A stretch of DNA of 64,000 nt. It comes from Podarcis filfolensis (Eukaryota). The stretch lies in the NCBI GenBank assembly GCA_964270895.1, contig OZ185437.1; one strand, given 5' to 3'. Position numbers and translations under genes: made by a program. Below are positions 50,041 to 60,640 of the stretch, piece by piece (position 1 is the first letter of the stretch; every line of letters begins with the position of its first letter). The notes beneath the pieces are model-generated. The model made no database searches. It saw only the letters and a program-made list of their open reading frames with translations, and was not told the origin of the DNA.

Positions 50041-52136
50041 GTAAGTTGATTGTTCTGTCTCTATTATTTTATTTTTGTACTCTCAAATGTTTCTTTTTAA
50101 AAAAAAAAAGATTAATAATGCAGTTTAACTAAACGAAAGTAATTGATTTCATGTTTGTTACTTAAATTTATTTTCCATATCTGCTGGTTTTGAAGTAATC
50201 CCTTGGATTCAGTATGCCCTCAGACTGAAATCAAGGTATTAAAGATCTGATGGGAAAATATGAGACATCTTAGGTCAATTATATGGTAATTGGTTGAAAC
50301 ATCTCATCTCCAGAAAGCCTTTTGGCAGATGCACAGATTAAACAGGCCAAGATTCAAATTTTATCCAGGGTTTCTTGTGATACATTAAGGAAGGGTAGAG
50401 ATCTATTTTTCTTTAACTTTCACTTTGCAGAATGGCACAAAAGGTCTTCTTTAAGCTATACATCCATTTTGGGGGGAGGGGATAGACACTGATTTTCATA
50501 TGCCAATTGAGGGAAAGTCATTTTTTGGATCAGTTAAGAGACTATATTACAGCCCATTACAGAAATTACTCAAGTGGAAATGCTCACTGGTTTTTGTGAC
50601 CAAAGAATTACTCCTTTTGGTTCGTGAGACTGCTGAAATGAGAGAATCCAGTACATTTGCAAAATTAACACACAACTGAAATCCTGTTGGGGGATGCTAT
50701 TTGGAACAGAGAAATCATTAGCCAGATACAGGTTAAGTATGTTCTCCTTTTGCCAGTTTTTCATTCTAAATCCCCCTTTCCCGAAGCTGCTTCTTGTTTT
50801 AAAAAGTGGTCTGGGAGTTGGAAGCACACAGTTGTTTGCAACTCATAGGTAGGCCCTGGTTTCAGCTGAAATGAAAAGTAGGAGGCCCGGAGCATTCCCA
50901 TTCATTCCAGTGGTGTTCATGCAGGAGAGATTCCTCTTAAATTAAATCCCTAATGATGGTGGTGGGACATTTGAAAGATAAACCTGGGATTCCTTTGGTG
51001 ACCCAATCCTGTTCAGTAAGTTGCATCTTACGAAGTGCATGCTAACCTAAATGCAATCATGAAGGCTATACTGTGGAGTCAGGTTCATATCTCGTGGGCC
51101 ATGCATGGATTGTTTTGGAATCAGATCACTTATTCATACCCAGCTAATCGAGTACAGGAAATGTACAGCTCACCTACACACATCACTCCCAAAAGGAGTT
51201 GCTTCATTCACTTGAATGGGCACCATGACAACAGAGTGTGAAGGAATGTAGGAAGTTCGGCATAGCGCTTTAGAGAAAACTAGAATCTGTAACAGATAGC
51301 ATACCATCCTCTAAGCGCCTTTGTCTATTTCTGCAAATAGGAGGACAGTTGAGGCTGAAATGAGAAGGCATATTTAGCGTTGGAGTGGGAGCTCAAAAAA
51401 GAAAACAGGAAGCTTCCTAATACTGAATCATGCCATTGGGAAGCTCTGTCTGCTAATACTCCCAAGATCTCAGGCTGGAGTTTTTAACTAGAGATGCTAG
51501 GAGCTGAAGTAAACACACAACTAAACCCTGTTGAGGAGTCTGCACGCAAAGTCTTCTCCATAAGTTTCAAAACCAAGATGTAAGAAGCAATAATTTTCCA
51601 AATAGTATATATTCCTGGGATGTTTTCTGGCGCTGACTGATGCACAGCATTCACTAAAGCAGCAGCCCTGAGTTTCGTCAACCTGTCTCCCCCAGAAAGA
51701 CCAAGTAAAACAAAACGTGTGATGTGGCCACGCTGTGTTGTGATCTTCCAGCCACAAGGAACAGCTAATGAAGTGGAGCTGTGGGTGGGGACTTTCACAT
51801 CACCGTGATGCCATACCACACATTTTGTAATCCAAAAAGTTACCAGGATAGCAAAGAGGAGAGTGTAGGGCTGTGTTTTTGTAGCATCTAATCTTGGCCT
51901 TAATTGAACAGGGAAGAAAATGTTTCAACCAAATCTGGACTTTTTGAAATTTTCACACATGGGAAATTAAGATAAACCTTTCACACACACAAACGTTTTG
52001 GTATTTTTGCCTGATCCAATTGAGTGCATTTCCTGTAGGGAACTTTAGGGTAGAATTTTATAGATGACATGTGATGTGCAGCAACGGATGCTAATTTGCT
52101 TCCTTTTTCTCTCTTTCCATTTTGCTATTCCTCTAG

Positions 52137-52154
52137 GTGGCTTCACAATTACAG
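52137..52154 (+). CDS. SLC8A1: SLC8A1 cassette exon D (18 nt, G-GFTIT)
   Basis: cctctAG|GTGGCTTCACAATTACAG|GTATGG; polypyrimidine tract and GCTAAT branch-point-like motif upstream; phase 1-1; matches mammalian exon D. Confidence 0.94.
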
Positions 52155-53758
52155 GTATGGTTTTTTCATTATTATTATTATTTTGCTGTCTTCTAAATGT
52201 ATGTTTCCATGTGGAAAATTAGGTTCTTCTACTGCTTATTCCCTTTCCTTTTAAGATATATGATATTAAAAGAGACGCACAGCAAAGCATTAGTACCATC
52301 TAACACTTTTCATAGCTCTTTAAGATTAAGAAGGCTGTATGGGAAAAGGAATAACATATGCAACCCATGATTAGCTAAAATTCATGCAGGTTTACCTTGA
52401 CTTAGTACACACATTAAGCAGCGTTTATAAACCAGCAACAAACCATGGCTTATATGAGCATAGTTGGCTCATGGTTTAGCTGCTGGGCTGGCTTTAGATG
52501 ATCAAATTAACAAACCATGGCTTGGAGTTAGGTGCAAACCAGATCAGTGACTCAACAAATTAGATGACACCATTCCTGAAGCAACTCAGAACTACTGTTG
52601 TTTTTCTGTAAACAGCAAGTTTAGGTTAGTTGTCCATTAAATGAATCAACCAGTTTACAATGACCCAACTACGTTTTAAGCCAGTAAAGTTTACACAGTG
52701 TACACTGTTTATAACATGAATTGGAATTCATGTGATAGTTCCATATACTTAGAATATTATGCAACTATAACATGAATCCCAATCCTCACTCCACAGAATC
52801 ATTACCCATTCATCCAACGCATATTTTCAAATAGGAATACAGAAAGAGATGGACTCCCGTTTCATTGTCCTAAAGCCAAATGCTATTGCAGGGGGGTGAC
52901 GACTCCTACTCAGGACAATCAAACGTTAATAGTTGTATTATGATAATGAACATATGGCATTTCTTTTCACCTTTTGTGATAAAAGAGAGGCAAACATATA
53001 ACACTAGAATGAAACAGGACATGAATTCCAGGGAAGTTTCCCGAATTTGTACCATTTAAATAATGCACACTTCTCATTCCCTTTTTATCGCCCATTTCTT
53101 TAATTTGATTGGGGATTTCGTGGAAGCAGTTCTGCAATGAACTGATCACTTTTGTGCTTTGATTGTAAAAGTGTTATATACTTGCATATTGCCTTTCTCT
53201 GATAGCTTTAAAAAATAAAAAATATAAGCTCAAAGCAAGTTACATACATACGTTCTTTATTTTGGTCCAAAGACCCACAAAAGCATTTTCAAAATCAAAA
53301 TAAAACAGAAAGTCATATAATGAGGAAAGGATGTATAGCTACTAGAAGGATCAGTATGGAGCTCAATAATAGGTGTGGCTGAATTCAGAAAAAAAATTCC
53401 AAGTCCTTTCTCAAGAGTGCAAAGCCTGCCTAGCTACATAAATCACCCAAGCCGTTGCATGGAATGTTTTGAGGGAACAGTGAACTAAAGGAAGAGTTGC
53501 ACCCCAAGAACCTCTGCAACATTGCAAAGAAATGTGGGAGCATTGCAAAGGACTGTATATGGTTGCATGTTTTGAACTCCCAAACCAGAAGAGGAACCCA
53601 AGCTGAAAAGTTCAAAAAGCGGCCTTTACAGATTAAAATTGTAGCGCTGGTGTAGAAAACATTCCCCAACAATGAACCCAGCTTGGATATTTGAAGAAGA
53701 TGGCCCTCTGTTTTCCATTTGCTAACATCTTGGCTTATTTTTTGTTTTCGTAATCAAG

Positions 53759-53773
53759 GGAAACGTTTGAACG
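53759..53773 (+). CDS. SLC8A1: SLC8A1 cassette exon E (15 nt, G-KRLN-G), divergent
   Basis: gctaac...ttttttgttttcgtaatcaAG|GGAAACGTTTGAACG|GTAGGA; correct size (15 nt), phase (1-1) and position between D and F; GKRLNG versus mammalian GKYL(F/Y)G. Sequence identity is low, so the call rests on size, position and splice signals. Confidence 0.8.
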
Positions 53774-55381
53774 GTAGGACATCTTGATTTCTTTCATGCA
53801 AACTAAGATTAACACTAAACCCACGTACTAAGTAACTAGTGTGTAAACCAAGTTTGATGAAGTGGTGTGATATTACTTTCCGACACACTTAACATCACAC
53901 GTTTCTGGATAACAGAGTAAGACTTTTTTTAAAATTCCAGTGATTCGCTGGTAATAATTTGAAAGCATAATACAGAGCTATAGAGACCTAGAGGATGGCA
54001 GTGGGTTTAAGATTCTTTTGTGCTCTTTAAGGAGCTTTGCTGGCAACACGGCTCCTGGCATAACAGCCAAGGGATCTCGTAGATCAAATCATGGTCTTGG
54101 GCTGAATGTTTCAAGGGCCTCTGTGCCAAGTTATCTGCAGCTGTCTTTGCATCAGAATTTACCACCTGAACAAAAGCCAGGAGAGTTCTAAGCGCTAAGG
54201 CTGCAGTCCTAACCACCACTTACCTGGGAGTAAGCCTCACTGAAATCAGAAGAACTTACTCCTGAATAGGCATGGTTAGGATGGCGCTGAAAGTCACCAC
54301 AGTCTTTTTCCTTATTATCACCATCGCCCAGAATATCTGCCCACCACAGCCACCAGCTGATTTAATTGTAGGATGCATCTAAAAGCTTCAGAATGGTGTT
54401 GAAAAATATGGTTATGAATGGTAGTCCTAATAAAATAACAAATGGCCCGATGCATTTCAGGCAACGACACACGGGAGATACGTTGTCTTTGTAGGAGAAC
54501 CTTGGTCTTTTGACTCTGAGGAAGGTTATCAACAAAAACACAATGGGCATTTTATTGTTCTGATGGGACTATTAATATTGAATAAATATATTTTTCAGTA
54601 CCATTTTGAGGTTTTGCCTCTTCTTTGGCTTCTTCCAGCAGCGGTGCAGAGTAGAGCACTGTCTCTCGGGCCTTGGATTAGGGCTAAAGCCTTGCAGCTC
54701 AAAGGTTCATAGAAACCTTAACAAACTACCATTCCCAAGGGTGTTTGTGTGTCGGGAAACTCCTGCTGATAAATGGAGTGTAATGAAAAGCAGCAGGCCT
54801 CCACTTTGTGCTGCCACTGCTGCTGGAAGGTAAGCTTTGGGTAAGGTAGAATAGAGACAGTGGCTCACTAAGTGAATCGAGAGACCTCTGGGTCTTGTCG
54901 TTGCCCCCAATGACATAACCTGGAGCAAAACCAGGCCTGAAGCTTAGAAAGAGGAAGAACTCTTAAATGAACAGCTTTGGACCCATTCCAAATCCAACCT
55001 AGTTTAGCTCATTCCAGAAAAAGACAGGGGAATTTTACACATCCCTTGTACCGAGCAATTATTTTTGAACAACGCCTATAATAGACACAGATGGCTTAAG
55101 CATAATCTACAAATAAATAGCTTCCCCTTGCTAAAGCTCCGCCTCTCCTGTAAAATGACTTCTTACTTGAAGGATGAAGAGCTCTTGTGCAGAAGAGTTT
55201 GTTTTTAAGAACTGCCTTTAAGAAGTGAGTACTTAATGGATTCATCAGCCACTTCTTTCACCAAAAATGGGATTTAATTTTTCAGTAATCTGTAAGGGAA
55301 ATCATGTCTTTGGAAACAAGATCATCTTAGACTTGTTCAAGGCAAATTTGTTAATGCTTACTTTGAATTAAGTTCCAGTGA

Positions 55382-55784
55382 CAAAACAAAAAATTTTTTT
55401 CCTTCCAGTAGCACCTTAAAGACCAACTAAGTTAGTTCTTGGTATGAGCTTTCGTGTGCATGCACACTTCTTCAGATACACACGTCTGTACCTGTGCAAG
55501 TTTCTTGGTGAGGTTGATGGACTTCCATTTCATGCGGCTCAATGTGGTGCCTTCCATAGTTCCAGTTACAGATAGGTAGCCGTGTTGGTCTGGTCTGTAC
55601 CTGTGCAAGTTTCTTGGTGAGGTTGATGGACTTCCATTTCATGCGGCTCAATGTGGTGCCTTCCATAGTTCCAGTTACAGATAGGTAGCCATGTACTAAC
55701 TTAGTTGGTCTTTAAGGTGCTACTGGAAGGAAAAAAAATTTTTGTTTTGACTATGGCAGACCAACACGGCTACCTATCTGTAAC
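55382..55784. mobile_element. Composite Penelope-like (pLTR-derived) insertion with inverted arms and an internal tandem duplication
   Basis: 13-bp TSD TAAGTTCCAGTGA (55369-55381, 55785-55797); GTAGCCGTGTTGGTCTG...GCACCTTAAAGACC...GAGCTTTCGT...TTCTTCAGAT is recalled as the reptile Penelope/Neptune pseudo-LTR; 55382-55436 and 55695-55749 are inverted; 55484-55592 is duplicated at 55593-55694. Confidence 0.8.
55442..55479 (-). ncRNA. Minimal type I hammerhead ribozyme motif (Penelope-associated)
   Basis: Minus strand: GUAU-CUGAAGA-A-GUGUGC-AU-GCACAC-GAAA-GC-UC-AUAC: core CUGANGA and GAAA, palindromic helix II, AGCU palindromic helix III, UC cleavage site, 4-bp helix I. Confidence 0.75.
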
Positions 55785-56684
55785 TAAGTTCCAGTGAGGT
55801 TTATTCCCAGGTAAATGTGCATAGGATTGCATCCTAAATAGAATTTAATGCTGTGATAAAGATAGCCATTCACTTTTAAACACTGCCCCGTATGCCATCC
55901 ACAGAACTTTTGCAAAGCAGCTTTCCCCTTATAATTTAAGAAGCCTGCCTGTTCTAAGAACTTACTGATGTCTTTGACATTGAGTAAGGTCAACATCTCA
56001 GTAACAGCATTATCAAGCAGACCTACCAAGGGTCCTTTATGACTCTTCATGTCTCCTGAAATTGCCAGAACTCAGTGGAGTTCTGTTAATCTCTCCCTGC
56101 TCTTTACTCCATGCTTCTCCACCAGCATCGACCAGGTGAGCAGATGCAGCCAGCCCTTCAGCCCTGAGGCTAAAGGAGCACTTTATAATTTATGTATTTC
56201 TGTTAACTTCTCTTGAGAAATGTCTACAGCATAGCTATGGCTCTGAGGAACCCAGGGGAAGATTGGAACTGCATAGGAAAGAAGAGAATGATAAAGACTG
56301 CATTAAAAATGTACAAGTGCCCATTCGCTGTAATCATTTTTTTCCCCCTCCTTGAAATCTTAAGCTGCAAAATTGTGATTGGAAATAGATTTCCATTAGG
56401 AGGCCACCATTTCAAAGGGGACGAGTAGCAGTCTAATCTTTTGAAGCACTTGAGCAGGCTGGCTGGGACCTCATTCATGGCTCTGTTTATTCTTGAAAAT
56501 GCGGGAAGGCGGTGCTTGAGAGTCCGCTGTGGGAAATTGTCATAGCAATAACCTCACATGAAGTTGCCATTCACCAAGCAGATACTTTGCAGCTAACCAA
56601 ATCTAACAACACCAAGTGTTAAACCGGCCACCAAAACTCAAAGCAACCTACTTATCTTTTACTTTTTGCCAATCGTTTTGCTAG

Positions 56685-56753
56685 GCAAACCTGTCTTCCG
56701 GAAGGTACATCCTAGAGACCACCCCTTTCCTTCTACTGTAATCAACATTCAAG
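56685..56753 (+). CDS. SLC8A1: SLC8A1 cassette exon F (69 nt)
   Basis: ttttgctAG|GCAAACCT...ATTCAAG|GTATTC; translates (G)KPVFRKVHPRDHPFPSTVINIQ versus mammalian GQPVFRKVHAREHPILSTVITIA (recalled); phase 1-1. Confidence 0.94.
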
Positions 56754-57291
56754 GTATTCTGTTTGCCAGGGTCCCTGTTCCACAGATAATGTGCATTAGC
56801 AATAGCTTAGGACTCCATCTATATGGTGCATTGGAGCAGGCACTGTTTCTGAGACCAGTCAACCTCACAGAGCTGTTTTGGGGCTAAAAAGTGAGGTGAG
56901 GGGCGGGGAATAAACCTTCACCAGCACTAGGATCGGGGGTGGGGCTTATCTGGGACCCCCCCAATATTTTATTCAAGTTGGTTCCCCTGGTAGTAGCAGT
57001 TATCAGGGAGCAATTTAGAGAGAAGTAGGGTGTGCATGATTATTCATTATATGAGGAATGCATAATGATGAGCTGAGCTCCTGACCTTCCTTATATAGGA
57101 ACAAATATATAAGCCATCTATGAAGTAAGATTTAGGACTGGAACTCTAAGCCCTTTTCATCCCTCTGGCCTTATAGGATTCTGACAGTTTAAGGATAACT
57201 GCTTTTGTCTTATAAAATAGGGAGGTACAGTATCATTCCAATCCAAATCAGCCCAACTTATAACCCACAAAGTTGAGCCCAACCTTCAGTC

Positions 57292-57419
57292 CTAGAACCA
57301 TAGTATTGTAGAGTTGGATGGGACCATGAGCCCCCTCTAGCCCAACCCCCTGTAATACAGGAATCTTTCGCCCCAATGACCCTGCAATTAAGAGTCTCGT
57401 GTTCTACCAGCTGAGCTAT
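57292..57419 (-). mobile_element. tRNA(Lys)-derived SINE with CR1 tail (internally deleted)
   Basis: AATTAAGAGTCTCGTGTTCTACCAGCTGAGCTA head in reverse plus GTAGAGTTGGATGGGACC...AACCCCCTGTAATACAGGAATCTTT tail. Confidence 0.72.
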
Positions 57420-58965
57420 TTATGGCAGCCTATTTTTGCTGCCTGCCAGGTAATATTTTGTCAACCCTAATGCCTGAAATTAAACGGTGTCTCAGAGGCA
57501 AAATCTGCTCAGGTTCTCTTGGGGCACTGCCCTTTCCCAAGTCTTTTGTGATCTTCTTGCCTGCCTCAAGCACTTTGGCATCATAAATGAAAGATGAAAA
57601 TGCCACACACACCCATCTTTATCAAACCCTGGAGCTACTAGGTCTTTTCATGAATTCTCAGCCACTTTGCTAGATCAGAGTCAGCCTCAGTGGACAGCAT
57701 CCCCTGCTGTTTGGAAACAACTGGGTCTCTTCACTTTTTTCTGCAGACTTTTCTCTCATTGCATGTATTCTTATCCTTGGGTGGGGGAGCTATTTAACTC
57801 TCCTATAATGCCCTGGAGCAGTACATTTTGAGAAATGGGCATAGCAACCAGACCTAGCCACTGCCAGATGGTCCCACTGATGAAGGGGAAGGGTCACCAG
57901 GGTCACCAGCCTCACATGGGGAACTACATCTAGGGGCAGATCTGATATGAAACAAATGAAGTTTAAGCTTCATGAAGCATCCCTAATCCTGGAGGGTCCC
58001 CGGAAGCAATTAGTAGAGCCAATTTGAGTCGCACAAGTCAAATGGATTACTTTTGTTGTTATATATATTTCAACAATTGCAAAGTTTTGAGAGTCAGTAG
58101 CACAGATGTTGTGAAGTTTTGGTGATCTGTCATGGAACAACCTCACCGAAGAAGATAACAGTGGTTACCCTTACCCAGACCTTGTTTCTGGTTGTGAAGG
58201 TGGCCCCATAACACTTCAAGCTTCAAGGCCCCAGAAATGTAGATAGGTCAGCCACTGACTGCATCCACCCCCTGCTGTAGTCTATAGCTCAGCCTCTGCC
58301 TTCTGCACCTCTCATGGCAGTGAAACCCCATCATCCACGGTTCCTTCCCTTTCTTTGCCATCTCCCTCTGCCACTGGGACTCCTTGCCCATTTGGGGGAG
58401 TCACCCTTCACCTCCTTTCCAATCCAACTCCCCCATCCTTTCTTTGGCGTCTGCCGCTCTTGAATAACTTATGCAAGCGTCCGGGGTATTTCAGGGAAAG
58501 GAGACCCCTTTCTCTCTGAGCTGGTGCCCTCTGCAAAGCATTGCCCTCTGCCGCCACCTATGGGCTCCTCGTGGGAACGCCAGCACCCACTCCCCAGCCT
58601 CTCTGCATCTCCCTCATAGTCCCGCTCTCTCTACAGCAGCTGGTTCAGGCACTTCCAGCAAAAACAAAAAAAATCACAGTTGTTTCCACCCACCCTCCCC
58701 TCCATCATCATTGTCTTGGGTAGCATTTGAATTAACAAATTGCTTCCCATTGTTTTTAAACACCAATCAAGTTGCATTAGCACCTTCCAGATTCACTTCT
58801 TCCAAAGAACAAAAGTGGCGGGGGGGTGTTACAAGTGGGGAAAGGAAAAGAGAACTGAAGGGGCTGGCACAGAGCAAAGAATTAAATTCCTTCCCAGCAA
58901 GAGGAACGTGTGCATGCTCAGACATGAAGAGGGTTGCCAGATGTCTCTTTTCAAAAAGAGGGTGG

Positions 58966-58993
58966 ATTTATTTATTTATTTATTTATTTATTT
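58966..58993. repeat. (ATTT)7 microsatellite
   Basis: Direct reading. Confidence 0.93.
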
Positions 58994-60509
58994 GGAGTTT
59001 CTTATTCCGAAATGCCAGAGACCCACAGAATGCAAGAGGTGTCCCTAACAGCAAAAGTTCAGGGCATTCCATAGGGTACATAACACAGCTCCCCACCACC
59101 TCAAAAAAATAAAGAAAAAGAGGAACCCTGAACATTTATTGGACTAAGCTAAATTTGCTCTGAGTTGGGCATGTTAACCAAGGGCTGGGAACAGATTGCC
59201 AGTCACCCACATTGGTACTCTTGGGTACAAAATACAGAAAGATCATTTCAAACACACAGTCTGAGCTTGGAGCAAAGTAAACCAGGGGAAGGTTCTTCTG
59301 GCAGGCTTTTGTATGAGGGGAACCTGGGGGAGAAGTAAGATATGACTGTGCTGGTGCTGAGTTGCGTGGAAGCAGTTGTTTTTAATCTTTTTAAGTTTGT
59401 ATGGTTAGTGCATTGTTTGATCATTGTGAACAACCCTGTAGCCTTTGTGGTGTCGGGCGGTCTGTAAGCTACTTAATAAATAAATCACAGTATGAAGGTG
59501 GCATGTTTGAAAATACGTGCATTGTACTAAGTAGAGTTGTCAAGGATCTGTAGTCCTTGTCGAGGGCCACTGCACACATTGCACAAACCCAGGTTTGCCT
59601 CTGAGTGCGCACCCAGCAGCCATTCACAGCTAGTCCCAATGCTTTAGGAAGCAAGGAGCTGGTGCCATCAAGGTAGGACTTTGGGGCAGAGCCCAAATGC
59701 GCTGCTCAGAAGATTGAGCAAGAGGACCTCCAAACACAGCAAGACTGGCTATTTCAAAAAGTGAAACTTGGACACAAAAGTTGTTGAGCTTTGAGCTTTT
59801 TTTCTTTTTTTTCTTTCTTTTTTTTTTTTTTGAAAATCAACACTTCCAATGTGGGCGGCCCAGGTTTCCCCAGACATTTTATCCAGCAATGCTGGATTCC
59901 AACCCAGCTACATTTTTAGGCGTACAAGTCAACAAATCTTAAGGGTGGTATTCAATAAAAACCCTACTCAGAGTAGACCCTCGATGTACTCGTAGCAGCA
60001 AAACTGGGCCTGGCCTCGACAGAATAGCCACTGCTTTGTGATATTTTTATTTGTTTGTTTATGAAAAAATGATATTAAAATACATCATCGTCATCATCAT
60101 AGTGAGAGGAGTCCCTGTATCAGTGCCTCTCTCCATTTCCTTGAGCTGCCAAAGATTTGCCAAAGCCTAAACTGAGGTATAGCAAGATTGATGTGGCTGA
60201 GGGGAAGCAATCACTTGAAATATGGAGACGTTATGAGCCAGTGATCTCATTTGCTAATGCTTCCAGGCAAACCATCTGCAGCAGCACTGTTCAGGCCCCT
60301 CGCCATGCAGGCGCTGGCCCCTTGCTTAATGGGCTGTCCTTTTTCCATAACAGATGTTTGCCTGCTTTTGCCATTGCAATGGGGCACATTTGAATATAAA
60401 TAGTAGATCTCAGCTCCATTTGACAGAAGCTGGCTGTGGAGAAGTGAAAGCCCTATTTCAAAATCTGTAAATTTATTCTTTTCTCTCTCTCTCTCTCCCC
60501 ACTTTCCAG

Positions 60510-60640
60510 AAGAGAACGAAGAGAAGCAACCACTGACGAGCAAAGAGGAGGAAGAGCGTCGCATTGCAGAAATGGGGCGCCCTATCTTAGGGGAGCATAC
60601 GAAGCTGGAAGTGATTATTGAGGAGTCCTATGAGTTCAAG
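60510..60640 (+). CDS. SLC8A1: SLC8A1 constitutive exon after the alternative cassette (131 nt)
   Basis: (CT)n...tttccAG|AA GAG AAC ... TTC AAG|GTgcag; translates (E)ENEEKQPLTSKEEEERRIAEMGRPILGEHTKLEVIIEESYEFK, the NCX1 CBD2 C-terminal strands. Confidence 0.97.

Noticed and set aside
52120-52136. UGC motifs just upstream of microexons C, D and F suggesting SRRM3/4-type neural microexon control
   Set aside because: In mammals D is broadly included and C is cardiac rather than neural, so the pattern does not fit; UGC is too common to support the claim.
58471-59112. Longest supplied ORF (213 aa, + strand)
   Set aside because: No recognisable domain, low-complexity composition, runs through an (ATTT)n microsatellite and lies in the F-to-next-exon intron; consistent with a chance ORF.
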